A stretch of DNA of 64,000 nucleotides from an uncultured Candidatus Rokubacteria bacterium (GTDB lineage Bacteria; Methylomirabilota; Methylomirabilia; Rokubacteriales; DASRDR01): the NCBI GenBank assembly GCA_963708025.1, contig CAVPSB010000013.1, positions 1 to 64,000 on the forward strand, written 5' to 3'. The notes beneath the pieces are model-generated. The model ran no database searches and had not been told where the DNA came from. It saw only the letters and a list, made by a program, of their open reading frames with translations. Both the position numbers and the translations under genes were made by a program. Positions 14,831 to 23,833 of the stretch are shown here, in pieces (the stretch's first letter is position 1; each line of letters begins with the position of its first letter).

Positions 14831-15509
14831 TCATCGCGACGCTTCCACCGGGCCCCCGACGAGCTGCTTGGCCTTCACCACCGCCAGGGTCGAGTCCCGG
14901 GCGTAGCCGTCGGCGCCGATCTCGTCGGCGAAGGCCTGGCTGACCGGCGCCCCGCCGATCATGACCTTCACGCGCTCGCGCAGGCCGGTCTTCGTCAGGG
15001 CGTCGATCGTCCGCTTCATCGCGGGCATGGTGGTGGTCATGAGCGCCGAGATGCCGACGATGTTGGCGCCGTGCTCTTCCACCGCCTTGCAGAACGCCTC
15101 GGGCGCCACGTCCGCGCCCGAGGTTCACGACCTTGAAGCCGGCACCCTCCAGCATCATGGCCACCAGGTTCTTGCCGATGTCGTGGAGGTCGCCCTGGGC
15201 GGTGCCGATGACGACGGTTCCGATGTACCCGTTCGTCGCCGCCGCCGTGATCAGGGGCTTGAGCAGGTCGAGCCCGGCGTACATCGCGCGGGCCGAGAGA
15301 AGGACCTGGGGGACGTAGTATTCGTTGCGACGGAACTTCTCCCCGACGACGTCCATGCCGGGGATCAGGCCCTTGAAGATGATCTCCTTGGGATCGAGCC
15401 CGAGGTCCAGGCCCTCGCGCGTCATCCGGCCGACCGTGTCCCGATCGCCGACGATGAGCGCCCGCGCGATGCGCGGGTAGTCGTAGGTCCCGTCCTTGCC
15501 GCTCGCCAT
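14831..15509 (-). CDS. Corrinoid (cobalamin-binding) protein, one frameshift near 15115
   Basis: GLIPGMDVVGEKF, GDLHDIGKNLV (DxHxxG), SALMTTTM, MIGGAPV. Confidence 0.92.
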
Positions 15510-15550
15510 GTCAGGGTCCTTGTATCACGGGGTCCCGCCCCCGACAAGCA

Positions 15551-16498
15551 TCAGGCCTCGCCCGCCCGCCCCGAGTCGTGAGCGAGCAGGTCCTCCTGCC
15601 GGCTCTCCAGCACGCAGCGCTCGGGCAGCTTGCAGTCGGGGGCGCAGGGCTCGGCGTGAACCACGACGCGAGATCGTGGGATCGTGCGCTCGATCTCCTT
15701 CTCGATGTGGTCCACGAGGTCATGGGCGTCGCCGAGCGGAAGGTGGCGGCACAGGACCACCGAGAAGTCGATCTGCCGCTGGGAGCCCGAGCGTCGCGTC
15801 CGGAGATCGTGGAAGGAGACCACGAACCGGTGGCGCCCGATCACCCGCTCGATCTCCCGCTGCTCCTCGGCGGGGATGGCGGCGTCCATGAGATCGGCTA
15901 CCGAGCGGGTCAGGATCCGGGAGGACGAGCCGAGGATCATGGCGCCGACGACGATGGCGATCAGCGGGTCGAAGAGAACCGCCCCGGTGAGGTAGACGAG
16001 GACGAGGGCGGCCAGCACGCCGCCGTTGGTCCACACGTCCATCGCATAGTGGAGGGAGTCGGCCAGGAGCACGGGCGAGTCGGTCCGGATGGCGACCTGG
16101 CGCAGGTGCCGGGCGATCAGCCAGCTCACCCCGATGGAGACCACCATCACGGCCGTGCCCCACTCCGTGTGCTCGGGCCGAACGCCCCGGAGCAGGCGGC
16201 GCGCCGCCTCGAAGATGACCCAGCCGCCGACGGCGGCGATCAGGGTGCCCTGGACGAGCCCGGCCAGGCTCTCGGCCTTGCCGTGACCGTAGGGGTGACC
16301 CTCGTCGGCCGGCGAATCGGCCAGCCGGATGGACAGGAGATTGAGGCCGGAGATCAGGACGTCGATGAGGGAATCGGCGGCGGTCGAGATCAGCCCGATG
16401 GAGTTGGTCGCGAGCCCGGCGCCGAGCTTGAGCGCAGCCAGGCCGGCCGCGCCGGCGATCGCCAGCCCCTCGGCGCGCGCCTTCGGCGAGGTCGTCAT
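15551..16498 (-). CDS. Cation diffusion facilitator (FieF-like)
   Basis: ADSLID, HPYGHGKAE, ADSLHYAMD, HDLRTRRSG, HAEP. Confidence 0.92.
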   Translation of the reverse strand: MTTSPKARAEGLAIAGAAGLAALKLGAGLATNSIGLISTAADSLIDVLISGLNLLSIRLADSPADEGHPYGHGKAESLAGLVQGTLIAAVGGWVIFEAARRLLRGVRPEHTEWGTAVMVVSIGVSWLIARHLRQVAIRTDSPVLLADSLHYAMDVWTNGGVLAALVLVYLTGAVLFDPLIAIVVGAMILGSSSRILTRSVADLMDAAIPAEEQREIERVIGRHRFVVSFHDLRTRRSGSQRQIDFSVVLCRHLPLGDAHDLVDHIEKEIERTIPRSRVVVHAEPCAPDCKLPERCVLESRQEDLLAHDSGRAGEA

Positions 16499-16513
16499 AC
16501 GCCGTTCATCATA

Positions 16514-17305
16514 TCAGCCGCGGCTCTTCCCCCACCGGTCGCGCAGCTCGACCAGCGACCGGATGACGAGGTCCGCCCGCCCCTCGCCGTGGCTGTTCCC
16601 CTCCGGCTCCAGCCAGATCGTGAACATGCCGACGCCGTGCCCGCCGGCGACGTCCGTCTCCAGGCTGTCCCCGACCATCGCCGCCTCGCCCGGCCGGCAG
16701 CCCATCCGCTCGAGCGCGATCTCGAAGATCGGCCGGTGGGGCTTCCCGACGATGATCGGCCGGGCGCCGCCGGCGGCGGCGATCGCCTCGGCCAGCGCTC
16801 CGCAGCCGGGGTCGAACTCGCCGGGGGCGACGGGCAGCCGCGGATCCATGTTCACGGTAAAGAAGGCGGCCCCGGCCGCCACCGCCCGGGACGCCGCCCG
16901 GAGCCGGGCGAAGTCGAAGGCCGGATCGTACCCGATGGCGACCGCCGTCGCCTTCGGCCAGGCGTCGATCGGCACCACCGCGTGGCCGGCCGCCTCCAGC
17001 ACCTGGTGCATCTGGTCGGTGCCGAGCGCCAGCACCCGGGCCGGCCCCACCTGGCGGCGGATGGTCTCGCCGAGCAGGTCGAGGGCCGCCAGCACGTCCA
17101 CCGGTGGCGTCGGAATGCCGAGCCGGGTGAGCTTGCCGGCGATGCCGGCCGCCAGCTCCCGGGAGCTGTTCGTCACGTACACGACCCGGCGCCCCGCCTC
17201 GCGTAGCCCCTTCACCAGCTCGGCGGCACCGGGCAGGAGCGTGGGACCGGCCCAGATGCAGCCGTCGAGGTCGAAGGCGAATCCGCGGAAGGTGCTCAGG
17301 CCCAT
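16514..17305 (-). CDS. HAD-IIA family hydrolase (NagD-like)
   Basis: FDLDGCIW, YVTNSS, VGKPH, MVGDSLETDV. Confidence 0.9.
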   Translation of the reverse strand: MGLSTFRGFAFDLDGCIWAGPTLLPGAAELVKGLREAGRRVVYVTNSSRELAAGIAGKLTRLGIPTPPVDVLAALDLLGETIRRQVGPARVLALGTDQMHQVLEAAGHAVVPIDAWPKATAVAIGYDPAFDFARLRAASRAVAAGAAFFTVNMDPRLPVAPGEFDPGCGALAEAIAAAGGARPIIVGKPHRPIFEIALERMGCRPGEAAMVGDSLETDVAGGHGVGMFTIWLEPEGNSHGEGRADLVIRSLVELRDRWGKSRG

Positions 17306-17466
17306 CGGTGTGCTCTCCCCTCAGGCGATGGTCGGCCGGACGCGGCCATGATAGCGCGGCGTGGCCAGTCCTCTTGGGCGATTCCCGGCGGAGCGTCGGC
17401 ACCCGACGGTATACAATGGCGGCGCGCGAGACCCGGAGTCCACCACTCCACGACAGGGGGTACGCC

Positions 17467-18627
17467 ATGGCTGACCCGCTCGAGCCCCGTCCCGGCCACC
17501 TCTCGCGGCGCGCCTTCGTCATCCACGTGGGCGCGGCCGCCGCTCTCCTCGCCACCCGGGCGCCGCTCTCGGCGCAGACCCCGCCGGCCCCGATTCCTGG
17601 GAAGGAGCGTCTGATCGTCCGGAGCCCGCGGCCCATCAACCTGGAGGCCCCGCTCCGGGAGCTGACGGCCGACGTCACGCCGTACGAGGGGTTCTTCGTC
17701 CGCAACAACTACGACGGACCGGAGATCGACCCGGCCCAGTACGTCCTGAAGGTGGGCGGCGAGGTGGAAAACCCCCTGACCTTGCGGCTCGACGACCTCC
17801 GGCGGATGGAGCAGATCACCCAGACCATCACGCTCGAGTGCGCGGGGAACGGCCGGAGCTTCCACAACCCGAAGGCGGCCGGCATCCAGTGGGAAAACGG
17901 CGCGGTGGGCACCGCGGTGTGGAAGGGGGTGCGGCTGGCCGACGTCCTCCGGATGGCGCGCCCGCGGTCGGCCGCCCGGCACGTCGTGCCGAACGGGAAC
18001 GACGCTCCCCCGACGCCGCAGGCGCCGGACTTCATCCGCAGCCATCCCCTGTGGAAGGGGATGGAGCCGCACACGATGATCGCGCTCGAGATGAACGGCC
18101 GGCCGGTCCCGCACCTCCACGGGGGGCCGGCCCGCCTGATCGTGCCCGGCTGGATCGGCTCGGCGTCGATCAAGTGGCTCACGGAGCTGACGCTCGCCGA
18201 CAAGGAGTGGAACGGCCCGTTCATGCAGCGGAGCTACCGCTCGCCGCGCGTCAGCGACGCCAACCAGACGTACTCGCTCCAATCCCTCGAGTGCAAGTCG
18301 GTGATCGTGAGCCCCGCCGACGGCGGCCAGCTCGCGGCCGGCCCCCACAAGGTCTCCGGCTTCGCCTGGGCCGGCGAGGGCACCATCGTCGCGGTGGACG
18401 TCTCGACCGACGGGGGCGCCACCTGGGCCCCGGCCACGCTCGCCGGCGAGGAGTCCCGCTACGCCTGGCGGCGCTGGGAGTACGCGCTCGACGCCAAGCC
18501 CGGCCAGCACACGATCATGGCGCGGGCCAGCGACTCCCTCGGCCGCTTCCAGCCGGCCAGCCGCCCGCCCGACCCCCAGGGTTACCGCTGGAACGTGATT
18601 CATGCCGTGCGGGTCAGCGTGGCGTAG
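17467..18627 (+). CDS. Sulfite oxidase-family molybdoenzyme (SorA/SoxC-like) with a Tat signal
   Basis: SRRAF Tat motif; FFVRNN; TLECAGNGR Mo-ligand Cys; HGGPARLIVPGW. Confidence 0.9.
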   Translation: MADPLEPRPGHLSRRAFVIHVGAAAALLATRAPLSAQTPPAPIPGKERLIVRSPRPINLEAPLRELTADVTPYEGFFVRNNYDGPEIDPAQYVLKVGGEVENPLTLRLDDLRRMEQITQTITLECAGNGRSFHNPKAAGIQWENGAVGTAVWKGVRLADVLRMARPRSAARHVVPNGNDAPPTPQAPDFIRSHPLWKGMEPHTMIALEMNGRPVPHLHGGPARLIVPGWIGSASIKWLTELTLADKEWNGPFMQRSYRSPRVSDANQTYSLQSLECKSVIVSPADGGQLAAGPHKVSGFAWAGEGTIVAVDVSTDGGATWAPATLAGEESRYAWRRWEYALDAKPGQHTIMARASDSLGRFQPASRPPDPQGYRWNVIHAVRVSVA

Positions 18628-18916
18628 GCGATCCGCCGTCCTCGCCGGCGCGCTCGCGGCCGGCGTGGCGCTGGGGGGGGTCGCCGGACGGCTCGCCGCG
18701 CAGGCGAACCCCCTCCCGGCCGGGAAGCACATGGAGCTGGTGCTGGGGAGCTGCATCATCTGCCACGCGCCGGAGATCCTGGCCCAGCAGCGGCTCGACC
18801 GCGCGACGTGGGAGACGATCGTCAACCGGATGATCACCTACGGGGCGCCAATCACCGCCGCCACCAAGCCACTCATCATGGAGTACTTGACGACCCACCT
18901 GGGGCCCTCGGGCTGA
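18602..18916 (+). CDS. Small monoheme cytochrome c (SorB-like); start uncertain
   Basis: CIICH, W..IVNRM..YGA; overlaps the Mo-enzyme gene. Confidence 0.8.
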   Translation: MPCGSAWRRRSAVLAGALAAGVALGGVAGRLAAQANPLPAGKHMELVLGSCIICHAPEILAQQRLDRATWETIVNRMITYGAPITAATKPLIMEYLTTHLGPSG

Positions 18917-18941
18917 GTTGGTTGGCATCTGTTCGCAGACG

Positions 18942-19057
18942 CTGAGAGCGTGTGAAGGAATGGGGTGCTCCGGCTCCCCCCTCCCCCCGGCCAAAGGCCG
19001 AAGGCCGTCCAACATAGGGGAGGGGGTTGGGGGGGAGGGCGGGAGGGCCCGAGCTGA
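18942..19057 (+). repeat. Repeat family C, one GCCAAAGGCCGAAGGCCGTC module
   Basis: TGAGAGCGTGTGAA...CTCCGGCTCCCCC...GGCGGGAGGGCCCGAGCTGA. Confidence 0.8.
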
Positions 19058-19105
19058 GATCAGCCGGAAGGGTCCATTGATCGTCGGAATCCCGGAGGAG
19101 GAGCG

Positions 19106-19495
19106 GTGGGGCGCCTGCTCCTGATCTGTCTCGGTGGGGCGCTCGGCACCGGGGTGCGCTACGTCGTCTCCGGTCTGGCCGCCCGTTGGCTCGGGGCCGA
19201 TTTCCCCTACGGGACCCTGATCGTCAATCTCGCCGGCTCCTTCGCGATCGGCCTGATCCAGCAAATCGGCATCGCGACGCTGGCCGTTCCCGATCCCACG
19301 CGACTGTTCCTCACCGTGGGGGTCATGGGCGGCCTGACCACTTATTCCGCGTTCAGCTACGAGACGGTTCGACTCATGGAGACGGGCGCCTGGCATCAGG
19401 CATGGATCAACATCCTCGTCACCACGGTAGTGTGCCTGAGCCTGTGCTTTCTCGGAATTGCCGTCGGCCGCGCGCTGGTCGGGTCGAGGGGGTAG
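19106..19495 (+). CDS. crcB: Fluoride channel Fluc/CrcB
   Basis: GGALGTGVRY, FPYGTLIVN, GGLTTYSAFSYET. Confidence 0.93.
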   Translation: MGRLLLICLGGALGTGVRYVVSGLAARWLGADFPYGTLIVNLAGSFAIGLIQQIGIATLAVPDPTRLFLTVGVMGGLTTYSAFSYETVRLMETGAWHQAWINILVTTVVCLSLCFLGIAVGRALVGSRG

Positions 19496-19499
19496 CGCC

Positions 19500-19841
19500 A
19501 TGCGACGGATCGAGGGCGAGCAGCTGATGCTCCGGGTCTTCATCGGCGAGTCGGACAAGTGGGGGAGGCGGCCGCTCTACGCCGCCATGCTGGAGCTCTT
19601 CCGGCAGCGCGGCCTGGCCGGCGCCACGGTGTTGAAGGCCGTCGCGGGATTCGGGCCACACTCGATCATTCACACCGCGAGCATCGAGCGGTTGTCGGCC
19701 GACCTCCCGCTCGTGATCGAAGTCGTGGATTCCCAGGAACATCTGGAGGCCGTGCTTCCGGAGATCGAGCGGATGATGAGCGGCGGGCTCATCACGATGG
19801 AGAAGGTCCGAGTGATCCGCTACACCGAGGGCAACGGCTGA
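19500..19841 (+). CDS. DUF190 (PII-like) protein
   Basis: LRVFIGESD...AGATV...LSADLPLVIEVVD; common crcB neighbour. Confidence 0.88.
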   Translation: MRRIEGEQLMLRVFIGESDKWGRRPLYAAMLELFRQRGLAGATVLKAVAGFGPHSIIHTASIERLSADLPLVIEVVDSQEHLEAVLPEIERMMSGGLITMEKVRVIRYTEGNG

Positions 19842-20011
19842 GCGGGGGCGGGCCCCGGGAGCCGTTCAGCGCGGGGGAGGAGACAGAGGCCCTGGGCCTA
19901 GAACGGGCCACTCGTCAACAGGAGGCCCAGCGCCAGGCCGAGGGCATCAGCCCCCCGATGATCGCGGCCGCTTCGGGGAGCCTCTGCCATCCCATCCCGT
20001 TGACGAGCGGG

Positions 20012-20228
20012 TCAGGCGGCTTCGGGGTTGCCCCTTGTCTCGGTTCGCTGGAGCTCTTGGAGTGCCAGCTTCAGCTCCAGTTGGGCTCGTTCGATCTCAC
20101 CGCCCGCTTCCCGGGCACACGACCGAGCCGCGCCCGCCAGGTAAATGACGCGATTCAAACTGCCCTCTGCGTTGCGAAGCGCCTCGATCGCACGAAAGAT
20201 GCGAGCGGCCGCGGCCGCAGTATTCATG
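20012..20228 (-). CDS. Small helical hypothetical protein
   Basis: GGAGG SD before ATG; ~71 aa amphipathic ORF. Confidence 0.45.
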
Positions 20229-20753
20229 AGTCCCTCCTGCGTGGCTCCAGTGAGCGGCGAGACGACCCGAGCCGGAAGAGAGCCGCGTGGGGGGCGCTCG
20301 GGTCCAGGGAGGGGCTCGAGCGTCCCCCGCGCGGTGGGCCCGGCTCCCTCGGAGCCGGGGGCGAGCGTGGCGAGCGCGAGCCTTTCAGGAGGGTCGCGAC
20401 GCTCAGGCTCAGGGTCTTGTGAACGCAAGCATCATGCCTGGCGCCCCCTGGCTCGGAACGTTTCTGGAGGGGCCCGACGTGCCAGGGCTTTCCAGGCGGT
20501 GAGCGCTGCGCCCGCCAGGATCCTCCTGTGAACGCCGCTGCTGATCTTGATCATCAGGGATCAGGCTGCAAGGTATGTCAGGTGTTCTTTGGGAGCCACA
20601 CGCCAGCGTGGGGGGCGGTCGCCAGCTTCGGCGGGGCCACCACCAGCGTCTGTATCCAGGGTGGGCGACCGGAGAGCCTGACAAAAAAATGCGGGGGGGT
20701 GTCGGCGTTCACGATAGATTGACCACACAATCGGACCGTGAGAGGGTCTCCAT

Positions 20754-20954
20754 TTGACGCACGGTAAGCGGCTTGGGGTGGTCACCGCCGTGCTTGCGTT
20801 TCTCGGCGCCGGCTGCGCGACGCAGGAGTGGACTCATGACCTCTTCGCCAAGCGCAAGGCGAAGCTCGACGAGCGCTTTATCAAGGTGGAGGAGCAGGCG
20901 CGCGAGCAAGGGCAGCGGATCGACCGGGTAGAGGGGCAGGTTTTTTGGAGATGA
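20754..20954 (+). pseudogene. Truncated lipoprotein fragment
   Basis: Lipobox GAGC plus a coiled coil; ends abruptly at a T-run. Confidence 0.4.
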
Positions 20955-21161
20955 CCGGTTGCTCGCGTGGGGGCAGCCCAAGGAGTGGTTAGCCGCCGCC
21001 GGCCACCACCAGCTCGACATTGACTACCGGCCCGGCTCCTCGGTCGCCGTCCGGACTGACCGCGAGCCAAGCCGCCGCTGACATAAGGCTCCGTGGGGTG
21101 CGGGGCGGACCTACGCCCCTCCGCCTCGGCGGCTGCCACGATAGCCTGGAATGCGCGCTAA

Positions 21162-21704
21162 CTACTTGAGGAGACAGAGGCCCTGGGCCTGGATGCCGAG
21201 GGCAGTGTTGAACTTGGCGCGGAAGTGCTCGGTGGCGATGGTCACCGCCAGCTCGACGATCTGGGGCACGGTGAAGTGGGCGCGGAGAGGCTCGAACACG
21301 CCGTCGGTCACCGCGGTCGGCGTGGCGGTCACCGCCTCGGCGTAGGCGAGCGCGGCCCGCTCGGCGTCCGTGAAGAGAGCGCTCTCACGGAACTGCTCCA
21401 CGGCCTGGAGCTTCTCGAACGGCGCGCCGTGGCTCATCCCCCGGGATGAGTTGATGTCAACTCAGAACGGGCACCCGATGAGCCGGGCGACCCGCAGCGA
21501 GACGAGATCGCGGAGCTCGGGCGGGAGCTGCCCCGACTTCTCGAGGGCGATGCCGAGGCCCCGGGCCCCCCGCACCAGCGGCGGGCAGTGGGCCATGACG
21601 AGGGTCGGCGCGAGCGGCGCGCCCCACTGCTCGGTCTGCTGGGCGAGCATCTCCCGCAGCTCCTCCGGCGCCTGACCCGGATCGATCGGCGCGATGCGGC
21701 TCAC
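21162..21704 (-). CDS. AhpD/carboxymuconolactone decarboxylase-like protein with an in-frame UGA (probable selenoprotein, CxxU)
   Basis: GTG start overlapping the upstream stop; ...RVARLIGCPF-TGA(21462-21464)-VDINSSRGMSHG... continues in frame into ORF 21162-21437. Confidence 0.85.
21433..21450 (-). promoter_or_regulatory. Putative bacterial SECIS hairpin
   Basis: CUCAUCC-CGGG-GGAUGAG begins 11 nt after the UGA; G-containing apical loop. Confidence 0.65.
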
Positions 21705-22486
21705 GACGGCCGGACCTCTTGCTGGAATCGCGTCAGCAGGTCTTTGGCGCCCTGGACGATCAGCGAGGTGTCGGAGCAGAGCGTCAGGAACTGGTAGCCC
21801 CGCTTGTACAGCTCCCGGGCCTGATCCCAACTCCGGGTGATGTTGCCGAGCGCCACGCCGTGGGCCTTGGCCGCGGTCTCGATCTTCTCCACGGCCGCCT
21901 GTACCTCGGCGTGCCCGGGGTCCCCCATGTGGCCGAGCGCGGTGGAGAGGTCGGCGGGGCCCACGAAGAGCACGTCAACGCCCGGCACCCGGGCGATCGA
22001 CTCGATGTCCTGGACGGCGGTCGCCGTCTCGACCTGGATCACGACGAGGATCTCGTCGTTGGCCCGCTTCCAGTATTCGGCCGCGTGGCGCCCGTAGCCG
22101 CCGGCGCGGTGGCTGCCGGCGATCCCGCGCATGCCGGCCGGCGGGTACTTGGTCGCTCGCACCGCCGCCTCCGCCTCGGCCCGGCCGGCGATCCACGGGA
22201 TCATCACGCCGTAGGCGCCGATGTCGAGGACCCGCTTGATGATCGCCGGATCGTTCCACTGGACGCGCACGATCGGAATGACCGGACTCCCCTCGATCGC
22301 CTGGAGCTGGGCGAGCAGGGTCTGGTAGTCGCCGTGGCCGTGCTCCATGTCGATGAGGAGCCAGTCGAAGCCGGCCCGGCTCATGATTTCCGCGCTGATG
22401 CCGCTGCAGAGGCTGAGCCAGGAGCCGGCCGTCGGCCGACCTTCCCGCAGGGCCCGCTTCACGTGATTGGCCTTCACCCAGTCCAC
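21701..22486 (-). CDS. HpcH/HpaI aldolase family protein
   Basis: DWLLIDMEHG, RVLDIGAYGVMIP, QVET, FVGPADLS. Confidence 0.92.
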   Translation of the reverse strand: MDWVKANHVKRALREGRPTAGSWLSLCSGISAEIMSRAGFDWLLIDMEHGHGDYQTLLAQLQAIEGSPVIPIVRVQWNDPAIIKRVLDIGAYGVMIPWIAGRAEAEAAVRATKYPPAGMRGIAGSHRAGGYGRHAAEYWKRANDEILVVIQVETATAVQDIESIARVPGVDVLFVGPADLSTALGHMGDPGHAEVQAAVEKIETAAKAHGVALGNITRSWDQARELYKRGYQFLTLCSDTSLIVQGAKDLLTRFQQEVRPS

Positions 22487-22728
22487 GTGGGTCTCCTTAT
22501 TCCTTGACAGTATGCGGACACGTGTGGAAAATATCGGCCACGACGCGCCGCGCGCTTCTAGACTCCGCCACCTTCGAGGCGGCCCGACGACGAGGGCGGG
22601 CTGACGTGTCTTCTATCCCCGTGGGCCAGGCTCGCCGACGTCCAGGTCGCTCGTTTCGCCCGTCGTCACGATAGGAACGGGCTCTCACTATACGCCTCCC
22701 ACGGCGAGCCTGACAACCGCGAGGCCAC

Positions 22729-23490
22729 ATGCGTCTGGAAGTGCTGGGCTGTCACGGAGGCGACGTACCCAACCTCCGCCTCCCGACCTTCCTGGTCAAC
22801 GGCCGCCTCCTGCTGGAGGCCGGCTCGGTCACCTCGGCGCTGACGCTCCCGCAACAGGCGGCGATCGAGCACGTGATCGTCTCCCACGCGCACCTCGACC
22901 ACGTGGTCGGCCTCGCGTTCCTCGTGGACAACGTCCAGTCGGCGCCCGGGCGCCAGGGGCCGGTGATCGCCGCCTCGCTGGCGCCCGTCATGCAGGACCT
23001 CCGCGACCACTGCTTCAACAATCGGCTGTGGCCGGATTTCACCGTGCTCCCCAAGCCCGGCCCGCCGGCACTCCGGATCGAGCCGCTGGCCGACGGGGAG
23101 CCAATGAAGTTCGGGGGCCTGACCGTCGTGGCCGTGCCCGTCAATCACAGCGTGCCGGCCGCCGGGTTCGTCATCACCGATGGCACAACGGGCTTCGTCT
23201 TCTCGGGGGACACCGGGCCGACCGAGCAGCTCTGGCGAGTGGCCCGACACGTCCGTGAGGTCCGGGCCAACGTGGTGGAGACCGCCTTCCCCAATCGGCT
23301 GGAGGCGCTGGCTCGCGCATCGGGCCACTACACGCCATCCCTGCTCGAGCGGGAGATCGAGCGGATGCCCGACGGACCGATCCTGATCTACCACCTCAAG
23401 CCGGCCTACTACGAGGAAACCGCCGCCGAGCTGGCCCGGCTGGACAGCCGAATCCGGATCATGCGGCAAGGCGAAACCTACACGTTCTAG
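22729..23490 (+). CDS. MBL-fold cyclic-nucleotide phosphodiesterase (class II-like)
   Basis: LGCHGG, SHAHLDH, FNNRLWPDF, SGDTGPT, YHLKP. Confidence 0.85.
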   Translation: MRLEVLGCHGGDVPNLRLPTFLVNGRLLLEAGSVTSALTLPQQAAIEHVIVSHAHLDHVVGLAFLVDNVQSAPGRQGPVIAASLAPVMQDLRDHCFNNRLWPDFTVLPKPGPPALRIEPLADGEPMKFGGLTVVAVPVNHSVPAAGFVITDGTTGFVFSGDTGPTEQLWRVARHVREVRANVVETAFPNRLEALARASGHYTPSLLEREIERMPDGPILIYHLKPAYYEETAAELARLDSRIRIMRQGETYTF

Positions 23491-23492
23491 CG

Positions 23493-23691
23493 GGCGGGGC
23501 CGATGAGCGTCGCAACGTTCATCTCGGTCGGGACGCGCTCGGCCTGCGTCGATCGGACGGCCTTCGGCCTGGGGGCGTCCGTCCCGACCTATGGTCGTCC
23601 TCGGTCGGAGCCGATCCTCGGCGTACTCAGAGTACGCCTGCGGTCGCTCCTCCCTGCGTCCGAGCGCTGCTCGCTCCTCGGCCCCGCCCCC
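23493..23691 (-). repeat. Structured repeat family A, with an extra internal hairpin
   Basis: Reverse complement aligns with 63711-63838; GGCGTACTC-T-GAGTACGCC hairpin. Confidence 0.85.
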
Positions 23692-23739
23692 CGAGAACTT
23701 GACCCACCCGCCGTGACGTTGGCGCTTCGAGGACGCTGG

Positions 23740-23830
23740 CCGTGCTCGGCAGCGTGCAGCGTCCGCGCGGCGGCTTTGCCGCCGCAACCGAGGGGGAGCA
23801 TCGGGGGGGTCTTCCGAAACCCCCCCGAAG
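23740..23830 (-). repeat. Repeat family B
   Basis: On the minus strand CTTCGGGGGGGTTTCGGAAGACCCCCCCGATG...GCGGCGGCAAAGCCGCCGC. Confidence 0.85.
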
Positions 23831-23833
23831 AGA

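Noticed and set aside
18917-19105. Fluoride riboswitch upstream of crcB
   Set aside because: No GGCGATGG-type consensus seen; the space is filled by a family-C repeat.
20600-21013. CCACCA motifs as tRNA 3' ends or att sites
   Set aside because: No cloverleaf or T-loop, and no integrase nearby.
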